Source: an uncultured Pseudomonadota bacterium
GTDB taxonomy: Bacteria; Pseudomonadota; Alphaproteobacteria; RF32; CAG-239
DNA length: 64,000 bases
Direction of reading: 5' to 3'
Assembly (NCBI GenBank): GCA_949290295.1
Contig: CASERH010000001.1
Location: forward strand, 67,969 to 131,968
This document shows, one piece after another, positions 28,059 through 38,148 of the stretch. Position 1 is the first letter of the stretch. Every line of letters begins with the position of its first letter. Position numbers and translations under genes: made by a program. The notes beneath the pieces were generated by a model. The model had not been told where the DNA came from, did no database searches, and was given only the letters and a program-made list of their open reading frames with translations.

Positions 28059-28584
28059 ATAGTACGTAAGAAGCATCCCAAACTATAGAAATTAAGATCA
28101 TCATTACTAGCAAAACAACAAAGAATGTTCCGGACCAGCCATTGCAAATTGAGTCCTTATCCATTCCTATAATTTCTCCTTCATCAGTGATTGTTCCGCT
28201 CCAATAAACAGCAACATCATATTCTTTAAACCCTAAGAAATAGCTGATGGGCGGAGCCAACTTTTGAATAAGTATCATCACACAGCCGGCCAACAAGAAC
28301 CAATAGATACTCTTAAAAGCCGAAAGGATGAAAAGAGCAGCGGCAAACAAACCCCACATAGTTCTCAATAAGGCAGACTGAATAGGAACTCTTCCTCTTT
28401 TAAGATTAAAGAAGAAATAAACTCCCCAGAGCAAGCCGGTAATTTTGATAGCCAGATGTTTGGGAGACACAAGGCCGACAATGGTTGCAATTGCAAACAA
28501 GATAACAAAAGCAATCAACAAATAATAAGATTTTCTTTTCATAATGATAAGAATTATAGGGTTTTGATAGCTATATAGATACAA
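28057..28584 (-). CDS. Polytopic membrane protein of 175 aa
   Basis: Five to six TM helices. No family. Confidence 0.4.
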   Translation of the reverse strand: MYLYSYQNPIILIIMKRKSYYLLIAFVILFAIATIVGLVSPKHLAIKITGLLWGVYFFFNLKRGRVPIQSALLRTMWGLFAAALFILSAFKSIYWFLLAGCVMILIQKLAPPISYFLGFKEYDVAVYWSGTITDEGEIIGMDKDSICNGWSGTFFVVLLVMMILISIVWDASYVL

Positions 28585-29265
28585 CTAACCAACTAAATTT
28601 TCAATAAAATTTTTTATATCTGACATTTTATCAAAAATATTATTTATACGCATATTTTTAATGCGAGAGGTATAATCAGCTTTGTCATACAAGTCACTGC
28701 CGATAAAAGCAATGGGGATCATTTTGGCTTTTTGAGCCGCGGTGAGGCCGGCAATAGAATCTTCAACCACAATACAATTTTGCGGTTCAAACCCCATAGA
28801 TTCGGCAGCTAGCAAAAACAAATCAGGTTCTGGTTTGCCGTAAGCAACCATATCAGCAGTAAACACCTTTTGTGGCGGAAAATAATTTTCGATTCCGACC
28901 ATTTTAATTTTTTGCTCAGTTTTAGAAGCTATTCCGCCGGTAGCTATGCACTGCTCGATATAGGAAAGGTCAAAAATGTCTTTAATTCCTTCGGTCAAAG
29001 CAAAGCCTTTGAGCATTTTTTCCATATCAAGGCGCAAAGCTTCTTTCCAAAATTCTTCATCTGTTTTAATACCTAGTTTTAAGAGGACTTCTTGTTTGGT
29101 TTTATCGCTCATACCGCCCAAAAAATTGTTCACGGTATTCATATCCCAGTTAAGACCATAAACTTTGTTTAGGAGTTCCATTCTGGTTTGCAACCACAAT
29201 TTTTCGGTATCGGCAATAACGCCGTCAAAATCCCAAATAATAAGGAAATTAGATTTTTTATTCAT
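28585..29265 (-). CDS. HAD-superfamily hydrolase (beta-phosphoglucomutase/phosphatase family)
   Basis: Motif I LIIWDFDGVIADTE. Motif II is S/T, motifs III/IV are K...VVEDS. Confidence 0.6.
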   Translation of the reverse strand: MNKKSNFLIIWDFDGVIADTEKLWLQTRMELLNKVYGLNWDMNTVNNFLGGMSDKTKQEVLLKLGIKTDEEFWKEALRLDMEKMLKGFALTEGIKDIFDLSYIEQCIATGGIASKTEQKIKMVGIENYFPPQKVFTADMVAYGKPEPDLFLLAAESMGFEPQNCIVVEDSIAGLTAAQKAKMIPIAFIGSDLYDKADYTSRIKNMRINNIFDKMSDIKNFIENLVG

Positions 29266-29444
29266 ATATCAACTTTCGGTTTAAAAAAAAGTGAGTCCGT
29301 TAAAAGCCCGCAGAAAAGAATTTCAACCAGTTTATGATGAATTTATTAAGAAAGATTGAAAAACCTCTCCAGAGTCAAAAAAACGGCTTTTTGCTCTTGT
29401 CAGGGAGAAATAATGATTTTATAAACACAAAAGAGAGGTAAATT

Positions 29445-30788
29445 ATGGATAATCAAACAATATATGCTTTATCGACGGTTTTTGGAAAATCCGGTGTAGC
29501 GGTGATACGTATATCCGGAGATAAGGCCTTAGAAGCCGTTAAGGCAATGACCAATTTGGATGTTGAAAATATAAAACCAAGATATGCTTATTTTGCATCT
29601 TTGCATCATGCAAAAGATAAGAGGGAGTTAGATAAAGCCCTTTTATTGTACTTTAAGGCACCAAATTCTTTTAGCGGTGAAGATATCGTCGAATTTCAAA
29701 CTCACGGTTCCAGAGCCGTTATATCGTCAATCATGGATAGTTTATCTTGTATAGATGGTTTTAGATTAGCAGAGCCCGGAGAATTTTCCAAGAGAGCTTT
29801 CTATAACGGCAAAATGGATTTAACAGAGGCTGAAGGACTGGCAGATTTGATAGATGCCGAAACCTCCGAGCAGCAAAAATACGCCATAAGACAGATGGAA
29901 GGAGGTTTAAAGAATTTATATGAGGGATGGAGAGAAGGTTTATTAAAAATCCTTGCCCATTTAGAAGCTTATATAGATTTTCCTGAAGAAGAAATTCCTC
30001 AAAATATAATTTCTGATATGAAAAACACTGTATTTAAACTAAAACAAAACATCAAAGCACACTTGTCTGACAATTCAGCAGGGGAGAGGCTTAGAGAAGG
30101 CTTCAGGGTAGTTGTTATAGGTCCGCCAAACGCCGGAAAATCAAGCTTAATTAACACAATAGTCAAAAGAGAGGCTGTTATCGTGTCAGATATTGCCGGC
30201 ACCACCAGAGATGCCATAGATATTTATCTGGATTTAGGTGGATATCCCGTTGTATTCACAGATACGGCTGGTTTGAGAGAAACAGAGGAAATAATAGAGA
30301 AAAAAGGCATAGAAATAGCCCAAAGCAAAATAGCAGAAGCAGATTTGGTAATATGTTTGTTTGATGGATGTAAAGACTCTGTTCAACTGTTTGATAATAT
30401 TAAAAAATCATTTAAAGACAAAATGTTATTTGTAGCAAATAAAAGTGATAAATTAACATCTGAACAATGTTCAAAGATTAAAAAAGAAGGATGTTTGATT
30501 ATCTCTGCCAAAGATTATGAAAGTGTCAAAACGCTTCTTAACGCCATAGAAGATCGTATAAAATCTGTTTTCAGCTCAAGTTCCGGAGCCCTGATAACGC
30601 GCCGACGTTATAGAGAGGCCTTGCAAAAAACAGTAGAAAATTTGGAGCAGTTTAGTTTTGACAAAGAAATAGAGCTAACAGCGGAAGATATTCGCTTAGC
30701 AGCCAGAGAGCTTGGCAAAATCACCGGCAGAATAGAAGTAGAAGAAATATTAGATAAGATATTCGGCTCGTTTTGTATCGGAAAATAA
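29445..30788 (+). CDS. mnmE: tRNA modification GTPase MnmE
   Basis: G-domain GPPNAGKSSL, DTAG. C-terminal CIGK motif. Confidence 0.9.
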   Translation: MDNQTIYALSTVFGKSGVAVIRISGDKALEAVKAMTNLDVENIKPRYAYFASLHHAKDKRELDKALLLYFKAPNSFSGEDIVEFQTHGSRAVISSIMDSLSCIDGFRLAEPGEFSKRAFYNGKMDLTEAEGLADLIDAETSEQQKYAIRQMEGGLKNLYEGWREGLLKILAHLEAYIDFPEEEIPQNIISDMKNTVFKLKQNIKAHLSDNSAGERLREGFRVVVIGPPNAGKSSLINTIVKREAVIVSDIAGTTRDAIDIYLDLGGYPVVFTDTAGLRETEEIIEKKGIEIAQSKIAEADLVICLFDGCKDSVQLFDNIKKSFKDKMLFVANKSDKLTSEQCSKIKKEGCLIISAKDYESVKTLLNAIEDRIKSVFSSSSGALITRRRYREALQKTVENLEQFSFDKEIELTAEDIRLAARELGKITGRIEVEEILDKIFGSFCIGK

Positions 30789-30839
30789 TTTGACATTTAA
30801 GTGTTATATGGTTAGCTTTAGTCAAAACACTTAAATATT

Positions 30840-31214
30840 ATGCCTATGAAAAACGAATTATTGGAACAATTTCTTGCTGGTCAACCACAATATAATGTGG
30901 CAGAGCTTCAGGAGCAATTAAGCCGCTTTTATGACAGTAAAAAGATAGATGTATCTGACCTAAAAGAGGTTCTTAATTTTTTGGCCTCAGACCATAACGA
31001 CAAGAGTTATATCATGAAGATATATGACATAACCGGGAATTTTGAGCGCCAGGCTTATTTGTTAGATAAAGAGCGTCACGAAGGCAGATGGAGCTTTGAG
31101 CATATTGTTGTTTTTAACATTCTTGCCCATTGTGCACGCATAGAGCCGAGGCTGATTGTTGAAAAACTATCATATTTTCGTAAAATGCTCGAATATTTGA
31201 TAGGTAAGAAATAG
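30840..31214 (+). CDS. Hypothetical 124-aa protein inserted between mnmE and mnmG
   Basis: No family. Preceded by a 12-bp inverted repeat and followed by a terminator. Confidence 0.35.
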   Translation: MPMKNELLEQFLAGQPQYNVAELQEQLSRFYDSKKIDVSDLKEVLNFLASDHNDKSYIMKIYDITGNFERQAYLLDKERHEGRWSFEHIVVFNILAHCARIEPRLIVEKLSYFRKMLEYLIGKK

Positions 31215-31221
31215 CAAAGAA

Positions 31222-31259
31222 AAATCCGTTTCTCAAAAAAGAGAGGCGGATTTTTTTTA
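31222..31259 (+). terminator. Rho-independent terminator
   Basis: ATCCGTTTCTC-aaaaaa-GAGAGGCGGAT followed by T8. Confidence 0.6.
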
Positions 31260-31316
31260 TTGCAAAAAAGGAAAGGCTGTATTATAGCTTAGGCAATTGA
31301 AAAGAGGCAAAATTCT

Positions 31317-33167
31317 ATGACAAAAACAGAATATGATGTAATTGTTGTCGGTGGAGGCCATGCCGGATGTGAGGCCTGCGCAGCAGCAGCTCGTATGGGG
31401 GCTGATACCGCCTTGGTAACTCACAAGATTTCAACCATTGGCGAGATGTCCTGCAACCCGGCCATAGGTGGCCTCGGTAAAGGACATTTAGTAAGAGAGA
31501 TTGATGCGCTAGATGGATTGATGGGGCGTGTTATAGATAAAGCCGGCATACAATTTAGAATGCTCAATGCCTCAAAAGGTCCGGCAGTAAGGGGTCCCAG
31601 AGCTCAAGCAGACAGAGAGCTTTATAAAAAATATATGCTAGAGGCCCTAAGGGAGCAAAAAAATTTAGAGTTAGTAGAAGCCTCAGCAGAAGGTTTTATT
31701 GTTGAGAAAGGAAAAGTTTGCGGTGTAAAACTTGCAGACGGAAGAGAGCTGAGGGCCAAAGCGGTAGTATTGACCTCAGGTACTTTTTTGAACGGAATAA
31801 TGTTTATTGGCCACCAAACATATGTTGGGGGCAGGGTAAATGACATCAGCTGTACCGGTATAACACCGTATTTAAAGGATATGGGGCTAAAAGTAGGGCG
31901 CCTGAAGACAGGCACCCCTGCGAGGTTGAATGGTAAAACAATTAACTGGGATATTTTGGAATCCCAAGAGGGAGATAAAAATCCGCAAGCATTTTCTTTT
32001 TTGACTGAGAAGTTGAAAAACCCGCAGGTAAAATGCTACATCACGCACACAAATGAGAGAACGCACAAGATAATAAGAGATAATTTTTCGAAATGCGCAC
32101 TGTTTTCTGGGCTTATAACCGGCATCGGGCCAAGATATTGTCCTAGCATAGAAGATAAGCTGGTTAAATTTGCAGACCGCACCAGCCACCAAATATTTTT
32201 GGAACCGGAGGGGTTAAATACGGATGTTGTTTACCCAAACGGAATATCAACATCACTGCCGGCGGATGTTCAAGATCAGTTTATTCATACTATGGAGGGA
32301 TTGGAAAATGTAGAGATTTTGCGCCCGGCCTATGCCATAGAATATGACTATGTAGATCCGCAAGAATTAGATAGCAGATTGGCTGTAAAAAAGGTTCCGG
32401 GGCTATTTTTGGCTGGTCAGATTAATGGAACAACGGGCTATGAAGAGGCTGCCGCACAAGGTCTTTTGGCTGGAGTGAATGCCGCTTTATCTGCTTTGGA
32501 AAGAGATGATATTTTCACTGTAGACAGAGCCGAGGGCTATATGGGTGTGATGGTTGATGATTTAATCACCAAAGGGGTTGATGAGCCATACAGAATGTTT
32601 ACATCTCGTTCTGAATATAGATTGTTTTTAAGAGCCGATAACGCAGATCAGCGTTTGACAGAGAAGGGCTACAAAATAGGCTGTGTCGGGGAATATAGAT
32701 ACAGTGTATTTAAAGCCAAAGAGAAGGCTATAAATGACTTTAGAAAAGCAGCAGAGGCTGAAAATATTCTTCCTATTGAATTAGAAAAAAGAGGAGTAAA
32801 CATCAAACAAGACGGTGTCAGAAGAAGTACTTTTAATGTTATGTCTTATCACGATGTTTCACGTGAAACCATCAATAATATCTGGCCACAGTTCAAAAAT
32901 GTTGCGGATGATATTTATGAGCAAGTGGAGATAGAGGCGCGTTATTCTGGCTATATCAAACGCCAAATGGCGGATATAGAAGTTTTCAAAAAAGATGAAA
33001 ATTTGCGCTTAAAAGAAGACATAGATTATAGCAAAATAGGAGGTTTGTCGCGCGAGATGGTGGCAAAGCTTTCCAAAGTGCGCCCATCAACAATAGGAGA
33101 GGCCTCGAGAATTCCCGGTGTTACCCCTGCGGCAATCACAGCCATTTTGGGATATGTAAAAAAATGA
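31317..33167 (+). CDS. mnmG: tRNA uridine 5-carboxymethylaminomethyl modification enzyme MnmG (GidA)
   Basis: FAD-binding [13 protein letters not shown] and full-length GidA similarity. Confidence 0.9.
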   Translation: MTKTEYDVIVVGGGHAGCEACAAAARMGADTALVTHKISTIGEMSCNPAIGGLGKGHLVREIDALDGLMGRVIDKAGIQFRMLNASKGPAVRGPRAQADRELYKKYMLEALREQKNLELVEASAEGFIVEKGKVCGVKLADGRELRAKAVVLTSGTFLNGIMFIGHQTYVGGRVNDISCTGITPYLKDMGLKVGRLKTGTPARLNGKTINWDILESQEGDKNPQAFSFLTEKLKNPQVKCYITHTNERTHKIIRDNFSKCALFSGLITGIGPRYCPSIEDKLVKFADRTSHQIFLEPEGLNTDVVYPNGISTSLPADVQDQFIHTMEGLENVEILRPAYAIEYDYVDPQELDSRLAVKKVPGLFLAGQINGTTGYEEAAAQGLLAGVNAALSALERDDIFTVDRAEGYMGVMVDDLITKGVDEPYRMFTSRSEYRLFLRADNADQRLTEKGYKIGCVGEYRYSVFKAKEKAINDFRKAAEAENILPIELEKRGVNIKQDGVRRSTFNVMSYHDVSRETINNIWPQFKNVADDIYEQVEIEARYSGYIKRQMADIEVFKKDENLRLKEDIDYSKIGGLSREMVAKLSKVRPSTIGEASRIPGVTPAAITAILGYVKK

Positions 33168-33778
33168 TACCTTCTTTGCAAAAAGCCAAACAGCTATGGC
33201 AAGAGGGAATAGATTTTAGATTAAAACAACCCCACGATTGGCCCATTTATAAAGAATATGTTTTTCATACCACCAGCGTGGCAGAGTCAGCTCAAAAAAT
33301 AGCAGAAAAAACACCGTATTTAAACCCTGAAAAGGCGTATATTGTTGGCTTGTTGCATGATTATGGCAAAAAATACGATGAAAATTTGATTAGCAGATTT
33401 CATGCTCAAACAGGCTATGAAGAATTACTAAAATTAGGTTATAATGAATGTGCGCGTATTTGCTTGACTCATAGTTTTCCAAATAAAAATTTTAACAACA
33501 AGTATTATGCCTCATATCGGCCGGAATGGTTGAACTGGGCTCATCAAAAGTTGGATGAAATAGAAGAATATGATGATTATGACCGCTTAATACAGCTATG
33601 CGATATGTTTTTTGAGGGAATGTCCAAAGTCGGTTTTGAAGAACGCTTTGCCGGCATAAGAAAACGCTATGGTTTGAGTGAAGAACAAACGGTAGAACAA
33701 GAAAAATATACCAAGATGAACAAAGATTATTTTGATGAACTTTGCAAAAAAGATGTTTACAAGATATTAAATATATAG
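33164..33778 (+). CDS. HD-domain phosphohydrolase-like protein, paralog 1
   Basis: His...(~30 aa)...[10 protein letters not shown] motif. ATGA overlap with the mnmG stop. Confidence 0.5.
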   Translation: MIPSLQKAKQLWQEGIDFRLKQPHDWPIYKEYVFHTTSVAESAQKIAEKTPYLNPEKAYIVGLLHDYGKKYDENLISRFHAQTGYEELLKLGYNECARICLTHSFPNKNFNNKYYASYRPEWLNWAHQKLDEIEEYDDYDRLIQLCDMFFEGMSKVGFEERFAGIRKRYGLSEEQTVEQEKYTKMNKDYFDELCKKDVYKILNI

Positions 33779-33814
33779 CTGTTAGAATAGCTCCCCTAAA
33801 CAAGGGAGTCACAG

Positions 33815-34426
33815 ATGTTGCCGGATGAAGAAATAGTCAAAAAGCTTTTCGATTCTATTTGCGAAAAGACGAGAGAACCAAATATTGTAAGAGGGTGTGC
33901 GGCAGATGAATCTGTTCACCACTACATAGATGTTTCTCAGTGTGCAGAAAAGATAGCTATGCATTGTGGTTTAGATAGCCACAAGGCCAAAATTTTGGGG
34001 CTTTTTCATGACTATGGTGAATATATAGAAAGAACCGTTCCCGGCACTTTTCACGGCACAGCCGGTTATGATGAGATGATGATGCTTGGTTATGATGAAA
34101 TCGCCAGAGTGTGCCTAACTCACAGTTTTTGGGAAGGAGTGTACGACCCAGAGCATTTTTCTTATGATAAAAAAGAAGTTGCGCGAGCAGGGATGCTAAT
34201 ATCAAAAATGGAGTTGGATGACTATGACTATTTAATCCAACTAAGTGACATGCTTTGTTGCCACAGAACGTTTGTGAAACTGGAAGAAAGAATTGCTTAC
34301 ATTGTCAACAAATATAAAAGAAGCTCCAAAGAGGCAGAGAACATGAAAAAAGCGGCAGAAAAGTTAAAAGAACGATTTGATAAGCTTTGCAAGCAAGATA
34401 TTTATGAGCTGTTGGAGATAAAATAA
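33815..34426 (+). CDS. HD-domain phosphohydrolase-like protein, paralog 2
   Basis: GLFHDYGE and CLTHSF motifs shared with paralog 1. A tandem duplicate. Confidence 0.5.
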   Translation: MLPDEEIVKKLFDSICEKTREPNIVRGCAADESVHHYIDVSQCAEKIAMHCGLDSHKAKILGLFHDYGEYIERTVPGTFHGTAGYDEMMMLGYDEIARVCLTHSFWEGVYDPEHFSYDKKEVARAGMLISKMELDDYDYLIQLSDMLCCHRTFVKLEERIAYIVNKYKRSSKEAENMKKAAEKLKERFDKLCKQDIYELLEIK

Positions 34427-35232
34427 TGCAAGACTTTACCTATCACTCACATAATTCCAGCCAAGGAATAGCAGATGGGCACAATACCTGTGATGAGATG
34501 TTGTCAAGGGCTGAGGAAATAGGTTTTTCAGAGATTGGTGTTAGTAACCATTTTGTTTATCATCCCAATATTTCTGAAGAACATTCTATGTTTTTTAGTA
34601 ATCTCACAAAGGCTCTGGACTACGCCAAAAAGGATATTGAGCAGACAAAGGAAGCAGCCAGTCGCCACAAGATAAAAGTTTATGCAGGGTTTGAGGTTGA
34701 CTTTTTCCCATCAAAAATGTGGCGAAATGCATTTGAGAAGATGTTAAAAGAGGTAAAGCCGGATTATGTTATTGGTTCTAATCACAACGCCTTTAGCAAA
34801 GATGAGCAAAATATTTACAATATTTGGCGGCTAGGCGGAAAGCCGATAAAAGATGAAAGTATGAAAGAATATCTTAGAAATCATTGGCAAAACATCATAG
34901 ATTGCATAAATAGCGGCTATTTTGCTTTTATAGCTCATTTTGACTTAGCATCAAATTTAGGTCTCTGCACAGAATCGGAGTGGGATGATTGGAAGTGGAA
35001 AGTGATAGAGGCTTTTAAGCAAACAAAAACCCCATTTGAAATAAACACCAACGGCATCAGACGCTGTGGAATTCCAAGCCCAGATTGGTGGATTGTAAAG
35101 GAGCTGGTGAGGGCGGGGGTTCCGACTCTCATCAGTGATGATGCACACAATACTGATTGTTTAGGACAATACTTCGCCGAGGCAGAATCCACACTTGCAG
35201 AACTTGGCTGTAAAAAGAGATTTAAGTTTTGA
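34426..35232 (+). CDS. PHP-domain (polymerase/histidinol-phosphatase-like) metal-dependent phosphoesterase
   Basis: N-terminal YHSHNSSQGIADGH (the PHP HxH...DG motif). 1-nt stop/start overlap (TAATG) with the previous gene. Confidence 0.5.
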   Translation: MQDFTYHSHNSSQGIADGHNTCDEMLSRAEEIGFSEIGVSNHFVYHPNISEEHSMFFSNLTKALDYAKKDIEQTKEAASRHKIKVYAGFEVDFFPSKMWRNAFEKMLKEVKPDYVIGSNHNAFSKDEQNIYNIWRLGGKPIKDESMKEYLRNHWQNIIDCINSGYFAFIAHFDLASNLGLCTESEWDDWKWKVIEAFKQTKTPFEINTNGIRRCGIPSPDWWIVKELVRAGVPTLISDDAHNTDCLGQYFAEAESTLAELGCKKRFKF

Positions 35233-35359
35233 TAATTTGATTCAAAGAACAGTGTCTAACTAATTGAAATAAGAGTCTATTTTATAAGTGTCAGAATAAG
35301 GTGTTTATAACTCAATTTTTTATGTTTTAAATTTTTCATAAAAATTATAAAAATATCTT

Positions 35360-35986
35360 ATGAAAAATTTCTGCGAAAAATACAATGTTTCACGTGAAAC
35401 ATTTGACAAGTTAAAAACCTACCAAGAGCTTCTTTTGTCTTGGCAGCAAAAATTTAATTTGGTCGGTTCAGCCACACTGGAAGATGCCTGGAACCGTCAT
35501 TTTTTAGACTCTGTTCAGCTATTTTCTTTGATACCTGAAAGTGCCAAAGTTTTGTATGATTTTGGCTCTGGAGCTGGGTTTCCGGGAATGGTGCTGGCAA
35601 TTATGGCCAATGAAAAATTGCCGGATTTAGAAGTTAGTTTAGTTGAGAGCACAGGAAAGAAAACACTGTATTTAAACGAGGTTAAGGCGCAGACCAACAC
35701 AAAAGTAAATATCATAAGTGATAGAATCGAAAAAATTCCCACCCAAAAGGCTGATGTCATTACCTCAAGAGCCATGGCCTCATTAAATGAGTTGTTGGGT
35801 TATGCTCTTCGCTTTTGTAAGGAAGAAACAATTTGTATTTTTCCCAAAGGTAAAAAATATGCCGAGGAATTGGCAGAAGCTCACCGCCACTGGAAATTTA
35901 AGTGCCAAATTTTACCCAGTGAGCAAAGCCAAGAGGGAAGAATTTTAGTTATAACCAAGTTAAGCAAACTTAAAGGAGAAAAGTAG
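35360..35986 (+). CDS. rsmG: 16S rRNA m7G527 methyltransferase RsmG (GidB)
   Basis: SAM-binding DFGSGAGFPG and overall GidB similarity. The N-terminal VSRETFDKL is typical. Confidence 0.85.
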   Translation: MKNFCEKYNVSRETFDKLKTYQELLLSWQQKFNLVGSATLEDAWNRHFLDSVQLFSLIPESAKVLYDFGSGAGFPGMVLAIMANEKLPDLEVSLVESTGKKTLYLNEVKAQTNTKVNIISDRIEKIPTQKADVITSRAMASLNELLGYALRFCKEETICIFPKGKKYAEELAEAHRHWKFKCQILPSEQSQEGRILVITKLSKLKGEK

Positions 35987-36766
35987 ATGCCGAGAATTTT
36001 AGCTGTTGCCAACCGCAAGGGAGGAGTCGGAAAAACCACGACAACGGTCAATGTTGCCACAGCCATGGCCGCTGCCGGTAAAAAAGTTTTGGTGGTAGAT
36101 TTGGATCCTCAAGGCAACGCTTCAACTTCAATGGGAATAAATAAAAAAGGGCGCATGGCTTCAAGTTATGAAGTCTTGTTGGGCGAAAAAAGATTAACGG
36201 ATGCTGTTGTTTGGACAGAGATTCCCAATTTTTCGCTGGTTCCTTCTTCTCCTGACTTGGCCGGCGCGGAGGTTGAGCTGGTTGATATGAAAAACAGAGA
36301 GTTTGCTCTCAAAAAAGCTTTGAAAAGAGACGCGGTTAACTACGACTATATTTTGATAGATTGTCCCCCTTCATTGAGCTTGGTGACAATTAATGCGCTC
36401 GTTGCCGCAGATGCTGTTATTGTGCCGCTGCAATGTGAATTTTTGGCTCTAGAGGGCGTTACTGATCTAATTCGTAACATTAATCAAATAAAGAAGAAGT
36501 TTAATCCATCTTTGGCTTTGCATGGCGTTGTGCTGACAATGTATGACAAGCGCAACAATCTAAGCCAGATGGTAGAAGATGATGTCCGTCATTTCTTTGG
36601 CAAAAAGGTTTATAATACGGTTATTCCGCGGAATGTCAGAATTTCTGAAGCCCCCTCACACGGCAAGCCGGTATTGTTGTATGATTTCAAATGTCCGGGT
36701 TCTCAGGCCTATATCAGCCTCACCGGAGAAGTATTGAAGAGAGAAAAGGAATTAATTGCATGTTAG
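35987..36766 (+). CDS. parA: Chromosome partitioning ATPase ParA
   Basis: Deviant Walker A KGGVGKTT. Confidence 0.9.
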   Translation: MPRILAVANRKGGVGKTTTTVNVATAMAAAGKKVLVVDLDPQGNASTSMGINKKGRMASSYEVLLGEKRLTDAVVWTEIPNFSLVPSSPDLAGAEVELVDMKNREFALKKALKRDAVNYDYILIDCPPSLSLVTINALVAADAVIVPLQCEFLALEGVTDLIRNINQIKKKFNPSLALHGVVLTMYDKRNNLSQMVEDDVRHFFGKKVYNTVIPRNVRISEAPSHGKPVLLYDFKCPGSQAYISLTGEVLKREKELIAC

Positions 36767-37755
36767 ATAATGATTTAGATGAGCTGTTGAACGATGATTC
36801 TGTTCACACCAACCAGGCCTCTCACAAAAGAAAAAGTTTGGGAAGAGGGCTGGGCGCTCTACTGGGCGATGATTTGGAAACCGAAATCAACACAGAAATA
36901 AAACCAACTGACAGCATAAGTGTTGATGATATTATTCCAGGAAAATATCAGCCGCGCACGGAGTTTGATAAGGAAGCTCTGCAATCCTTGGCAGATTCAA
37001 TCAAAGAAAAGGGCGTCTTACAACCTCTTTTGGTACGCCACCAAGGAGATAAATATGAACTGATAGCCGGAGAACGCCGTTGGCGGGCGGCAAAAATAGC
37101 CGGATTACAAGAGGTTCCGGTTGTTATCAAAGATTTGAATGATCAAGAGGTTTTAGAGGCTGCTCTGGTTGAAAACATCTTGCGTGAGAATTTATCAGCC
37201 ATAGAAGAGGCAGAAGGTTACCAGCGGCTTATAAATGAGTTTGCCCATACCCAAGAGGCGTTGTCTCAGATTGTGGGTAAATCTCGCAGCCATATAGCTA
37301 ATACTTTGCGCCTGTTGTCTTTACCGGCAGATGTTCAGGAGTTTGTAAAAGAAGGCAAACTCTCCGCCGGCCATGCCAGAGCTCTGGTTGGGCTGGAAAA
37401 CGCGAGTTCTTTAGCCAAACAGATAATAGCCAAAGATCTTAATGTTCGCCAGGTAGAAGATTTGGTTTCGCGCCAAAAAGCTCCCAAACCGGCTAAGGAA
37501 AAAACAGAAAGAAATTCTGATATTGCCGACATAGAAAGACAACTCGTAAAAAGCTTGGGCCTAAGAATTAAGATTAGCCCCAACAAACAAGGAGGCGGCA
37601 AAGTGGTTCTGCAGTATTCATCGGTAGCAGAGTTAGATATGATTATAGAGACATTGGAGCAAAAACGCCGCGGGGAAACTTCTCAGAACACTGTATTTAA
37701 AGCTGAGGAGCCTGTAGCATCAAACGATAAATTTTCAATAAAAATTGTAGACTAA
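36760..37755 (+). CDS. parB: Chromosome partitioning protein ParB
   Basis: ParB box GERRWRAA and HTH. The ATG at 36760 overlaps the parA stop. The ORF-track start at 36691 is probably upstream of the true start. Confidence 0.85.
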   Translation: MLDNDLDELLNDDSVHTNQASHKRKSLGRGLGALLGDDLETEINTEIKPTDSISVDDIIPGKYQPRTEFDKEALQSLADSIKEKGVLQPLLVRHQGDKYELIAGERRWRAAKIAGLQEVPVVIKDLNDQEVLEAALVENILRENLSAIEEAEGYQRLINEFAHTQEALSQIVGKSRSHIANTLRLLSLPADVQEFVKEGKLSAGHARALVGLENASSLAKQIIAKDLNVRQVEDLVSRQKAPKPAKEKTERNSDIADIERQLVKSLGLRIKISPNKQGGGKVVLQYSSVAELDMIIETLEQKRRGETSQNTVFKAEEPVASNDKFSIKIVD

Positions 37756-37767
37756 GGACAAACTAAA

Positions 37768-38004
37768 ATGACTATACTAGATAAGATGTTGGAAAACTGT
37801 GAAAAAGCAGGCTACGCCACAACCAAGAACGTAAAAAAAATAGCTAATGCTAAACAAGTTATGTTTGGCGAGGCCGAGTGGCAGCGCTGTCCATGTGACG
37901 GCAACAATCCGGCGCGTTACTGCATATCAGAGACCTGCCGACAGGATATAGAAAGAGACGGTGAGTGCCATTGCCACTGTTATTGCAAAAAAGACATTGC
38001 TTGA
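37768..38004 (+). CDS. Small cysteine-rich protein of 78 aa
   Basis: CPCDGNN...C..ETC......GECHCHCYC metal-binding pattern. No family. Confidence 0.35.
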   Translation: MTILDKMLENCEKAGYATTKNVKKIANAKQVMFGEAEWQRCPCDGNNPARYCISETCRQDIERDGECHCHCYCKKDIA

Positions 38005-38009
38005 GAAAA

Positions 38010-38042
38010 AGAAAGCCCCGTTTCCTGCGGGGTTTCTTTTTA
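38010..38042 (+). terminator. Rho-independent terminator
   Basis: GAAAGCCCCG-tttcct-GCGGGGTTTC followed by TTTT. Confidence 0.6.
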
Positions 38043-38148
38043 AGGGAATATTTACCAAAAAAGGTTATTGTAACAAAAAAAGATTTGATTAAATAAGCAC
38101 ATATATGCTTTAATTGTAACAGCTAAAACAAACCGATAGGGGCTTACC

